In this document: one piece after another, positions 40,119-50,157 of the stretch
Position numbering within the stretch: position 1 is the stretch's first letter
How the letters are laid out: every line of letters begins with the position of its first letter
Assembly: GCA_949358305.1 (NCBI GenBank)
Contig: OX442314.1
Location: forward strand, 23,932,001 to 23,996,000
Length of the DNA stretch: 64,000 nt
DNA from: Strigamia acuminata
Taxonomy: Eukaryota
Reading direction: 5' to 3'
The notes under the pieces: model-generated
The model's input: the letters and a program-made list of their open reading frames with translations, nothing else
What the model was told of the DNA's origin: nothing
Database searches by the model: none
Position numbers and translations under genes: made by a program

Positions 40119-40711
40119 CCGTATATCATCGATTACTACGCGGGCCATTAATAGCCCGCGGACCTTAATTAATACACGGGGTCAAAATAATTTTTGCAAA
40201 TAAGGCGCGGTACCATAATTGTTGTTACGTCTCTGAAACGTAACAATGTAGATACCTGTATACAGGGTGTCCTGCCGAACACCTACCAGGTGAATTATTT
40301 CACAGTTACGTTAATTCAAAAATACTTTTGATTATGAATTAAAGTAAATGACCTGTGACGAATTCAATGAAACATGTTAAATTGATGTGACATTGTTGCA
40401 TCACTGTTTTGCAACTCGTAACTTTTAAACCAACAATGCTACGCAAAAAATGTCAATTGCAAAGTTGTAGAGCGCCTTCTAATTAGTCTAGAACTGTTCT
40501 TAAAAAAATTATCTCTTAACTGAAAAGTTTTGAGCAAAAAAGGTTTGAAATGTTAGTCTACTCAGCTTTATAACCTAATTGGCCGATGCAAGTTTTATAA
40601 TTTTTTCGAAATAAACCGCGGGCCTCATATAGCCCGCGGGCCTCAAATAGAGCGCGGGCCAAAAAGAAATTTTTCTAATAGCGCACGGGTGCGCTATTTA
40701 CAGATATACGG
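40119..40711. mobile_element. 593-bp CCGTATAT-terminated MITE with TA TSD and a nested CAGGGTGTCC mariner-like fragment
   Basis: TA-CCGTATATC ... GATATACGG-TA; the paralogous site at 39231-39245 (CTGTAATTAATTGAT) is empty; subterminal CCGCGGGCC repeats. Confidence 0.9.
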
Positions 40712-40723
40712 TAATTGATTATT

Positions 40724-40940
40724 ATTAAAGAAAAAGTTATGGAATTTTCCCAAAAAAACGTGTAATTACTCAAATTAATAATCACCATCGTGGCCTGCAC
40801 CATCCAGAATGTTATTCGCAATTAAACTCTCGATTTTACATCGAACAAATTCCGTTTGTTTCAGTTTCAGAATTGAATTCATTCAACGTGTATATCATAT
40901 TCGTTTCCAACCAATCCCAGTTTTCCACCACTGTTACGTC
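40724..40940 (-). pseudogene. Duplicate of TBC1D9 ~38643-38845 fused to ~37696-37716
   Basis: Direct sequence identity with a frameshifting indel; junction at shared GTTTTCCA. Confidence 0.85.
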
Positions 40941-41091
40941 ATAATATGGACCAATCAAGAGCGACCAGAATGTTAGGATTTAGTCGCTGATTCGTCCATT
41001 ATTTTTTTTGCGCATGACACCATGCAACATGGGTATAAAGCTTGCGGGAAATTCGAATTCAATGTCACATTTTAATATCGTTAGTGTTATC

Positions 41092-42109
41092 ATGGACGTC
41101 CCACAAATTAAGATAGGCGAAAACGTGAGGTGAGGTGATGGTTTTTATTTTAAAATTTTTTTAAAATTTTTTTTTTATCTAGATGTAGCCTTTGCAACGA
41201 GCAAATTATGAAAGCACAGGTTTTTCGAATTCGAATTTCTTGTCAGAAAACCCAAATTTCAGTTTATCTGCAGCTGGTGATATTTATCATGTCTCAGTCA
41301 TCGTTTGTCAAAATTGGAGAAAATGTGAAGTATGATAATATTTTTAATATTTTTATATTTTTTTAAAATTTTTTTTTTAAAATTTTTTTTTTAAAATTTT
41401 TTTTTTTAGATGTAAAAAATGTAACCAAGCAATTTCGAAAGCGGAAGTTTTTGTAAAGTTTCAGAGAACATCCGAAACTATAAATGAATATAGGGTCGGT
41501 TGTATCAGGGAATCTTGTAATTATACAAGTATTTCGTGTAAGTATTTGTTTAATGATTGATTAATACGCTAAATTTAATACTTTTATTTTTTTTCAGGTT
41601 GTTGATGGAAAGCTAACAGTTGGTGCACTCGTTGATGTTGTGGATATAAATCATACTCGCTGCATTTTTGAATGCAGCTACTACAAATCAGGTTAAACCA
41701 ATGGACGTTTATGTTGACCATGATGCAATCTTAATCGGAAGCGTGGAAACGCTAGACATGTAGGAATTATAAATTCTTTTTTATATTAATACATCTATTG
41801 AAACAATACATCTACAGTCTACGGCTGACAACCGAATTAGGAGTAAATTTAAACTGTCAAAAATGTAAATTTGACATAGCAAAAAGTCACAAATTTATAC
41901 GTCGCGCCCAGATATTTCATTTGGCATTTTATGCTGTGATCTGTCCACGCGAGAGTTGTGATAACATAATTTCATTTCTGGTATGTTTTCAACTTTTAAC
42001 TTTTATAAGTTTTAAAATCATAATTTTTTTTTAGTTGTCCAGAGGTAGCTGCCAACAATTAAGGGGGGAATCTTCAACGAAGTGGAGGAAATGGAAGTGG
42101 ACTGATTAA
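41092..42109 (+). CDS. Unrecognised small multi-exon gene(s) encoding repeated CxxC...CxRESC units
   Basis: TATAAAG at 41034; GT-AG introns 41130-41182 and 41330-41409 join KIGENVR|CSLCNEQIMKAQVF and KIGENVK|CKKCNQAISKAEVF...CIRESC; a third unit LGVNLNCQKCKFDIAKS...CPRESC lies at 41818-41980. 3' exon structure uncertain. Confidence 0.55.
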
Positions 42110-42150
42110 CTCCGGAAATTTCTGACGAGTTTCAATTGTTAGGAATAGAA

Positions 42151-42515
42151 AACGTACCTATCAATTTTTTAAAAATTAAATTACATTTTTTCAATTTAAA
42201 ATTAGAAATTTTAATTTTTCTTTTATTCATACCAACAGTGGCGATAGAGTAATACATTTGCTGCTCATTCGGGGTGTTAATGAACAAATCGTACGTTTGA
42301 ATAAACTGCTCTTGATTCATTCGTGGAACGGAAGAAAGTGAGTCCTTATATCTTCACGTATTAAACAATACCGGAGACTTTCTAACGTGCTTTGACTGTC
42401 CAAACTGATCGATTCGCCTGTAAAAAGTGAGAAAAATCAATAATTTAATTGACTTTCAAGTTAATTTTTTGTTACTTAACGCATTGTTCCAGATTCCTTG
42501 GTTGCAGCGGTTTCT
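42151..42515 (-). pseudogene. Duplicate of TBC1D9 penultimate-exon region (~34799-35143) plus ~35220-35239
   Basis: Identity to the source, with a 12-nt deletion (QTWKSLYD to QTYD) and a further internal deletion. Confidence 0.9.
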
Positions 42516-42623
42516 CGTCAGATGGCACTAATCGACTTGTGATAGATTAAATCAGAATACGGTAAAGACAACTTTTTTGACTTTTTAAGTGAAAATAATT
42601 AGCCCTAAACATTTTTGACTGTT

Positions 42624-44948
42624 TTAAACTGTCCTTTTGCGTTTCTGAATCGTGTTTGGTCCTTCCTCATCGGTAATCTTGCGTTTCCTAGACTTTTTTG
42701 ACGCTGTCTCCTCTTCCCGTTTCACTTCTTCATCACGCATCATTCGTTCCTTCTGTTTCCGTCTCATCGCCTCTCTAATATTCTGCAGTTGCTTTTCTGC
42801 ACACTCAGCTTCTTTTCTCTTCCATTCAAGGACCTCTTCTTTTTTCCGTTCTTGCAGCTTTGCATCACACTCAGCTTGCTTTCTGTTCGATTCGATGATC
42901 TTTCGATTTTTCTCTTCATTCTGCGTCTTCATTTTTTCCAACTGGCGCGCACGTGTGACGTAATAAGTCGCGCGAATTTTAACATCTTTACACTTTTGCA
43001 ACATATTTCGTGCCAAATCAAACAGATTCGGATCTCCGTGAACACTCAAATACTGAAAATCTCTCTCGGCAATCCCCAACTCCTTAACAGCTTTAAGCAC
43101 TGTCGACAATTCCGCCTTTTCAGCCTTCATGGCGCCGCCAGCCATTGTTTCCAACACCACTGCCACATTAAAGCGCAACAAATTGTCTTCGGGAGCAATT
43201 CTCCGAGCTTTCAACAAAGTGGATTTGCAATCCACAAAACTGCCACTCTTGAAATACGCTCTGGCCAAGTACAAAAGAACCTGCACCGAAGACGGTTCCA
43301 ACTCCAAACACTGCTTATACAATTGGATGGCTAAATGGAACTGTTTGTACTGGACGTACATATGCGCTAAATTAATTCGCGCATCAGCAAACTCGGCGGT
43401 GGTTTCCCGAACTAAAAGGAACATTTCGCGCGCTTCCTCTAAGAACCCTTTGTACGCTAAGACACACCCAACGCCATTAGTCGCCCAAGCATTGTCGGGA
43501 TCGTTTTTCAAAGCGTGCTGGTACATTTCAAGCGCTCGATCTTGGTATGTTTTAATTTTGTTTTTATCCACTTTCATGTGCAGCATCCCCAACCACACAT
43601 TGCCCAATGCGATTAAAGCATACGAGTCGTTTTTCCCCTTTGGAATTTTCATTAAAATGCGTTCGTATATGCTTTGAGCCGGTCCTATTTCTAGCTTGGC
43701 AAAATGCATGTTTGCGATTAAAATCCACGCTTCTATATTCTCCTGATCGACGTTCAACGCTTCTTTGAAGTGGAAAGACGCGTCGAAAGTGTCGCCACGA
43801 TCTCTGGCCATGCATCCGAGTCGCAGGTAGCAATCGAGATAATTTGGATGGTCACGTAAAACGCTCTGGTAGCAATTCGTAGCTTTGTCGAACTCTCGCA
43901 AGGCTTCGTAAACTCGCGCTAGGTTGTAAGTGGTTGTTACTGAAATCGCATTGAGCGCTGTTTTGCGCTTCGATATTTCCAACGATCCGACGTAGCATTT
44001 TTCTGCAGCTTTGAAATCGCCCAATCGGAATAACAATACGGCGATATTGTTTAATATTTCTGGCTGAACTTCGTCGCGGACATCTTTCTCAATGGCTTTT
44101 CTGTAAGCGTACAATGCCGTGTCAATGTCTTTGTTTTGGGTAAGTTGCGCTAATTCGATCCAAGCTTCTACGTCGTCGGGACGTATTGCGGTGATTTGAT
44201 TTAGACGTTTTATCGCTATTTCGCGTTTCTCTTGATCCGGCGATTTGGCGTACAACGAGGCGAGGATTTTCATCGCTTCGTAATTGTCGGGTTTTGATTT
44301 CAGAACGGTTTCGAAACATTTAGCCGCGTTTTCAAAATCGCCTTTTTGGATGTAGATTTTACCCAATCCGAAAAATGGTAGAACGAACTGCGAAGAAGCT
44401 AACTGAGTCGATTGGTGATAATATTTAAATGCTTGTTCGAAATCCTTTAAAACGTGAAACACTCGTCCCAACTGATAGCAACTTTCGGCTTTGATTGCTT
44501 TGTTTTCGGTTTGCATGGCGCGAAGAGCTAAAACTTGCACGTTTTGATAATCCTTTTGATTAAAGTAATGATTAGCCAAGTGGTTAAGAGTGATTGGATT
44601 CGCTGCATCAATCGCGTAGGCTTTCGATAAGAGTTGGACTCCACAACGAATCGATTCTGGCGTATTTAAATTGATGTACACGACAGATAGTGCTACTAAA
44701 GCCTCCACGCAACGCGGATGGTGGACGAGAGCTTGTTCGAATGCTTGTCGCGCGTTTGAGGGGTCGTTTAGTTTTGCGAAACAATGTCCTACCCCTAGAA
44801 GAACTGCAGCTTTGTGAGAGCCGGAAACGTGGGTTCGTAAAACTGCTTGGTAGAGTCTCAATGCTTGAGCGAAATCGTTTTTACTAAATGCAATGCAAGC
44901 TCTGTTTAAAGTTGACGGCATGGCACGAGTTGCAGCAACTGATTCCAT
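42624..44948 (-). CDS. CTR9: Intronless, terminally truncated CTR9 (PAF1 complex TPR subunit) paralog, 774 aa
   Basis: GVQLLSKAYAID..NP..LNHLANHYF, AESCYQLGR.FH, AFKYYHQSTQ.A...FVLPFFGLG, ISVTTTYNLAR, HPNYLDCYLRLGCMARDRG and NAWATNGVGCVLA; TATAAAA ~40 bp upstream; TATCGATA (DRE) at 45087-45094. Confidence 0.88.
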   Translation of the reverse strand: MESVAATRAMPSTLNRACIAFSKNDFAQALRLYQAVLRTHVSGSHKAAVLLGVGHCFAKLNDPSNARQAFEQALVHHPRCVEALVALSVVYINLNTPESIRCGVQLLSKAYAIDAANPITLNHLANHYFNQKDYQNVQVLALRAMQTENKAIKAESCYQLGRVFHVLKDFEQAFKYYHQSTQLASSQFVLPFFGLGKIYIQKGDFENAAKCFETVLKSKPDNYEAMKILASLYAKSPDQEKREIAIKRLNQITAIRPDDVEAWIELAQLTQNKDIDTALYAYRKAIEKDVRDEVQPEILNNIAVLLFRLGDFKAAEKCYVGSLEISKRKTALNAISVTTTYNLARVYEALREFDKATNCYQSVLRDHPNYLDCYLRLGCMARDRGDTFDASFHFKEALNVDQENIEAWILIANMHFAKLEIGPAQSIYERILMKIPKGKNDSYALIALGNVWLGMLHMKVDKNKIKTYQDRALEMYQHALKNDPDNAWATNGVGCVLAYKGFLEEAREMFLLVRETTAEFADARINLAHMYVQYKQFHLAIQLYKQCLELEPSSVQVLLYLARAYFKSGSFVDCKSTLLKARRIAPEDNLLRFNVAVVLETMAGGAMKAEKAELSTVLKAVKELGIAERDFQYLSVHGDPNLFDLARNMLQKCKDVKIRATYYVTRARQLEKMKTQNEEKNRKIIESNRKQAECDAKLQERKKEEVLEWKRKEAECAEKQLQNIREAMRRKQKERMMRDEEVKREEETASKKSRKRKITDEEGPNTIQKRKRTV

Positions 44949-45586
44949 TTCAATTCGTTTGGCAAATTTTAGCGGCTAGTGGTGACTTTTTATACGGTAG
45001 CTCAGAATAACGTAGACGTTGCTAAGCTCGCGAATTCGAGTTGTGATGAGTTTCTAATCACGTTCCTTCTTTTTATATTAAATGGATATCGATAACGTCA
45101 ACGATACGTAATTCATATAACGTACGGTCTACTTTGCGCAATTTCATGTAACGTTTGGTTTACGTTGCGTAATTTCAGGATGAAATAAGTGAAACCCACT
45201 TGTATCTTTTAGGAAGATTTTAAACAAAACAAACTGAGACGAAAAATTTGAAATATTGCATGATTATGGAAATTGGAAATTGACTCGCACACTTTGCAAT
45301 TTTATTTTCTAAGAATTTTATTTTATTTTTTAGCTTTTTAAATGTTATTTAATAAAAAGAAATTTAAGAACTGAGTTTCTTCTTGGAGTTTTTCCCTGGT
45401 GGTGTCATTCATTTCTGGCTGAATTTGAAACCAATTGTTTAGAGCCGCCATGACTGAATTGCGACAACCCTATATTGTCACATCGGAGAGTAGCAGTTAG
45501 ATTAACTACAGAATGGTATCTAAAAATATAAAGTATTACACCTATAAAATAGTAATGTATAATATTTTGATTATTTTATTCTAGAA

Positions 45587-46122
45587 ATGAGATTGCTCAA
45601 GCAGGGGATTATTATATGTTTACTGCTATTAGAAACGGGTATCTTTTATCGTCATTTAAAACATTGATATAATGATTGCTTAATTTTTGCAACATAAAAG
45701 GTCTTTCATTGAAGTGTTACGATTGCACCGACATTATGAATCGTAGAAAATATGAGAACACCTGCTCGTATTTCCCACGGAGAGTTTGTAAGAGAGACAG
45801 TTTGAAGACGTATTGCGGAAAAATTACAATCGGTCATTATTATTATTATAATTTATTAGACAACAAATATTTGTATACATAACACATGCAACTTTAGCAA
45901 AATTTACTACGTATAGATGAAAATGTAATTCGATTTTGTGGGAGACTGAAATATCCTTTTGGACATCAAGACGAATGCGTGTGCTTAGAAAACGGAGTCG
46001 ATCTGTGTCGTTGTTTTACTGATTGGTGCAATGGAAAAGATGACAAAATACGTCCGGTCATGCTAACATTATTTACTGCTTTGCTTATATTAAAAGTTTT
46101 ATTAAACTTTCAAACTAATTAA
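45587..46122 (+). CDS. Ly6/three-finger (quiver/sleepless-like) GPI-anchored protein, 3 coding exons
   Basis: Signal peptide exon MRLLKQGIIICLLLLETG; LKCYDC...C...C...CGK; RFCG...C...CRCFTDWCNG; hydrophobic C-terminal tail. Confidence 0.82.
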
Positions 46123-46803
46123 CTTATAAAAATAAATTCAAGTGCTGAGCTCTCTGCATGCCCTTTTAGCCGATACAAAGGCCGATCTTAGACTGGAACA
46201 GTTTGGACAGTAACATTCTGTAATCAAGCGCATTATGCTACAATTAACTGCAGCATCTGCATCCGGTGACGATTATTAAGGAAAATTGTAATAGCGCTTT
46301 TGATATTAAAGTTAGGAGATAGGACAATTTCTTTATCTTTTTATGGTAAATATCACAAGTTTTTCTTGGTTTGTGACACTAGAGAAGCGAGGGACTCGTG
46401 TTTGTTTTTCAGACCTTTGCAATGGAATAACCATAAATTGAATATTTTGCTAAGTTATGACACAAAATATGAATTATATAAAGAGGCAATAAATGTTGTT
46501 TAACTATTGGCTTGTCCAATTAATTTAATATTTACTAGTACTTAAAAGAAAAACCAGGTGGAGGGCTTGACCTCTACTTATGGTCTAGCCCGAGACCTGA
46601 CCCCCAGTCCAATTTTAAGGAACTGAGGAATAAAACAAGTAGTTTCAGAAATAAAACTTTATTTACTGAAAACATCAAGGAGAGGTGACGGATCGACTTT
46701 ATTGGCGATCTGAAAATACAATAAAAAACCATAAACAAATGTTGTTAGGGTGGTCAAGATATCTATCAACCAAAAACATAAAATCCAAATGAGGGTGGGA
46801 AAT

Positions 46804-46904
46804 AACAACATTTATTGCCTCTTTATATAATTCATATTTTGTGTCATAACTTAGCAAAATATTCAATTATATTACAGCATAGGCAATAAATGTTGTTTAA
46901 CTAT
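46804..46904. repeat. DIRS internal complementary region (ICR)
   Basis: Reverse complement of 46436-46500 joined through CAATT to the reverse complement of ~51604-51644; overlaps the YR stop codon. Confidence 0.95.
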
Positions 46905-47872
46905 AGGCTCTTCGTAGCCTCTAAAACAGTAGAAGTAAAATCAGTCGAAATTCTCTCGACTGGATGATTATAAAATTTGAAAAATATCGAGGCAGAGGAC
47001 CAATCTGCCGCTCGAAGGATGTGAGATAAATTAACTCCTTTTGACCAAGCAAAGGAAGTGGCGGCTGCACGGGTAGAATGGGCCGAAAAAATAGCAGTGT
47101 TTACTCCTGCCATGGACAAGGTTTCCTTGATCCACCTGGCAATAGTGGAAGAAGTGACCGGTCCAAAAGGACGTGAGGACGCCAAAAAGAATTGAAGAGA
47201 GGATCCGCGAAAAGCGGCTGAGTGTTTTAAATAAAATTTAATGGCCTCGACCGGACATAATTCCTCGTCCTCGAAACGGGGTAGAACGAAAGGGACTGTA
47301 GAGGAGGATTTTCTCTTTCCTAGGAGAGGAAAAACACAAGAGTTAGCTGAAAAAACTACTTTGGATGATAAGAGTTTGAGATCTGAAGCCCTTCCTGCTA
47401 AGGAAAGGGCCAAGAGTGTGGCGATATGACGATTAATCTCTAACTTGGAGAAGGTAGGAAGTAAAAGAAACCGTGACTTAAGGAAGAGAAGAACCGGGCC
47501 TACATGCCAAATGGAGGAATATTTCGGAATTTGTGGACGCGAATTTGCGATGCCTTTCATGACGCGCCTGATAAGTGGGTGAGAACCTAGATCAATTGAA
47601 GAAATTAAACTGATGGTCTGAGAAATAGCCGAACGATGGGCATTTATTGTGCTAAGCGCAAAATTATCAGTAAAAAGAGAAGAAAGGTAATTTGCCAACT
47701 TTATGGCAGATGGGCGAACAGGGTCAACATTGTTTCGTGTAGACCAGTGGAGCCAAGACTTCCAGTGTCCGTCGTAGATCTTATTTGATGAGGACTGCCA
47801 GGAACACCCCACCAATTTGGAAGCGTTCGTTGAAAGACCTCCGTTTCCGAGGGAACCGATGACAGTTTCCAT
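46901..47872 (-). CDS. DIRS tyrosine recombinase
   Basis: SAM-like N-domain (TINAHRSAIS, HPLIRRVMKG); catalytic R (GRASDL), LCPV, HSTR, ADW and FFKFY. Confidence 0.95.
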   Translation of the reverse strand: METVIGSLGNGGLSTNASKLVGCSWQSSSNKIYDGHWKSWLHWSTRNNVDPVRPSAIKLANYLSSLFTDNFALSTINAHRSAISQTISLISSIDLGSHPLIRRVMKGIANSRPQIPKYSSIWHVGPVLLFLKSRFLLLPTFSKLEINRHIATLLALSLAGRASDLKLLSSKVVFSANSCVFPLLGKRKSSSTVPFVLPRFEDEELCPVEAIKFYLKHSAAFRGSSLQFFLASSRPFGPVTSSTIARWIKETLSMAGVNTAIFSAHSTRAAATSFAWSKGVNLSHILRAADWSSASIFFKFYNHPVERISTDFTSTVLEATKSL

Positions 47873-50157
47873 GCGGCCAGCTGCAGGGATCGCGCTAGGA
47901 GAAGCGGATGGGGTTGTTTCAGCGCATTCGTCAAAAGATTCGGGAGTTGGGGCAACCGTATCGGGGATTCCGTCGATAGGGACCAGAGAAGCTGAAAAAT
48001 AAATCTCGATTTAGTAGAAAGAAAAGAACAAATTTCCTGAATGTGGAATTACCGGAAACCAAGCTTGGCTAGGCCAAATCGGGGTGATCAGAACTATTCG
48101 AGTAGGTGTCGAAGCATTGCGGATTTTTTGAAGGCATTTTGGAACGAGGCAAAAAGGAGGAAAAGCGTAAGAAATTCCTGATCCCCAGTCCTGAACTAAG
48201 GCATCAAAGGCCTGAGCAGCAGGGTCGGGCTTCCAGCTAAAGAAGTTTTCTAATTGCGCATTATGCATTGCCGCGAAAAGGTCTAAATAAAAGGGACCCC
48301 AAATTTGATCAATGGAGTGAAAGACCTTATGATTCAACATCCAGTCACCTGAGTCTACGATCTTACCCCTAGAGGCCGCGTCCGCTTCTATATTGAGGCG
48401 ACCCGGGATGTGCTCCGCTTGAACAGAGATATTCCTTTCCATAGCCCAAGACCAAAGGTCTTGTGCTACGGCAGTAAGGTCTCGGGATCTGGGGCTGCCC
48501 AGATGATTAATGGAGGCAATCGCTGCAGTATTGTCCATTCTAATCTTAACTATACTATCGGATAAATCCTTAGCAAAAGACTTGAGACCCCAAAATGCAG
48601 CTAAAAGTTCAAGAACATTGATATGTTTCTTAACAAGGGGAGAGGGCCAGGAGCCTCCTATACTAACGCCTGAAGAAGTTGCCCCCCATCCTGTTAGGGA
48701 GGCATCGGAATCAAGGCATAAGAGACAAGGTTTAGGAAGAAGAGATCTGCCCTTGCAAAATCTCAAATTTTGTTTCCACCATAAAAGCTCTGACCTAGCT
48801 TCTTCTGTTATAAAACATGTGGATTCATAATTTCCGGTGAAATTACGGGCTTTTAAATGTTGCAGTCCCCGGTAATGTAGGGGCGCAGAGGAAATGGCAA
48901 TTGTTGTGGCGTTAAGTTTGCCGATAATAGAAGACAGTTCTCGTATAGAACAGGTTTCTGATTGAAGCAAGTCTTCGAGGGAGGAAAGAATATTCTGAAC
49001 TCTGTCTGGTGGCAAGGAGACGCTCATAGAAACTGAATCAATTAGAAAGCCTAAAAAGGTAATCGAAGTAGTGGGCTCAAGGATCGATTTTTTCAAATTA
49101 ATGATAAAACCCAGAGCGCGAAAAAGAAGGCAAACAAAATCCCTCTGTCGTGTAAGAAGTTCGTGAGATTTATTTATAAAAAACCAATCGTCTAAATAGA
49201 CTGCTAACCGAACGTAAAGAGATCGAAGGAAAGTTGCTACAGCTCTACACAATTTTGTAAAGTAAAAGGGAGCGGGACCTAAACCAAAGGGAAGCACTCC
49301 TAGTTCATACAGAACACCTTCCCAGAAAAATCTCAAAAATTTTCGAGATTCTGGGTGTATGGCCACCGAAAAATAGGCATCAGATAGATCCAGTTTAAAC
49401 ATAAAAGCGTCTTTCTCCACCAGAGACAAGGCGGTGTGAATATTCTCCATTTTGAAATGGTTGAAAACCAAAAAGGAATTGAGGGGTTTAAGATTAATAA
49501 TAGGCCGAAAACCGCCATCTTTTTTAGAAACTAGAAAAAGAAAACTAATTATTTGATCTTGGCAAGGAAGAACCGAATAAGCGGCCCCTTTAAGGATCAT
49601 GGCCTTAACCTCCTCCCTGATTAGTTCATGTTTAATCTGATCGAAAACTGGTGTACGAAATTCTGATTGAATAGGTGGACTTAAAAATTCCAATTTTATC
49701 CCTCTGACCGTATCAAGAACCCAAGAATCTGAGGTGATAAAGGACCAAGTGTCGTGACAAAGGGGTAAACGTCCAGATGAAAGACAGGCGTCAGGAAAGG
49801 AAAAGTGGCTACACCAAGCCGTTACCGTTTCTAGTGAAGCCGCCACGACCCCTTCCCCGGTTGCTGGGGAAGGGGTTTTTACGAAAGGGCTGTTGCTGCC
49901 CTTTGTTGTAATCCGGGTTACGAAAGCTTCTACTCTGATCTCTGTCGTCCGGTCGTGTGTGGGAATAATCTCTGCGCTGAAAACTCTCGACGGGGCGACT
50001 AAAACCACGGCGGAATCGATTATCGCGACGAGGACCCTTCGCGGGATTTTTACTTCTCGCTCTGTCCACTGATGCGAATTGGTCGGCTTGCTTTTCTGCA
50101 AGGAAAAACAATAAGTTGTAAGACTCTTAAATTTTTTGTATCGAAAATATGGGTTAC
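47701..50157 (-). CDS. DIRS pol: reverse transcriptase, RNase H and methyltransferase-like domain; interrupted by intron 47992-48052
   Basis: KKDGGFRPIINLKPLN, KLDLSDAYFSV, LPFGL, YLDD; SDAS..GWG, HINVLEL, DN, NIEADAASR; DLFA, YAFPPF; WFP|LLWSL...HPL...LQLAAWKLS after splicing. Confidence 0.93.

Noticed and set aside
45639..45700. Ly6 intron starting GTATCTTT as a possible U12 intron
   Set aside because: Donor departs from GTATCCTT and the branch-like TGCTTAAT is a poor match; treated as U2-type.
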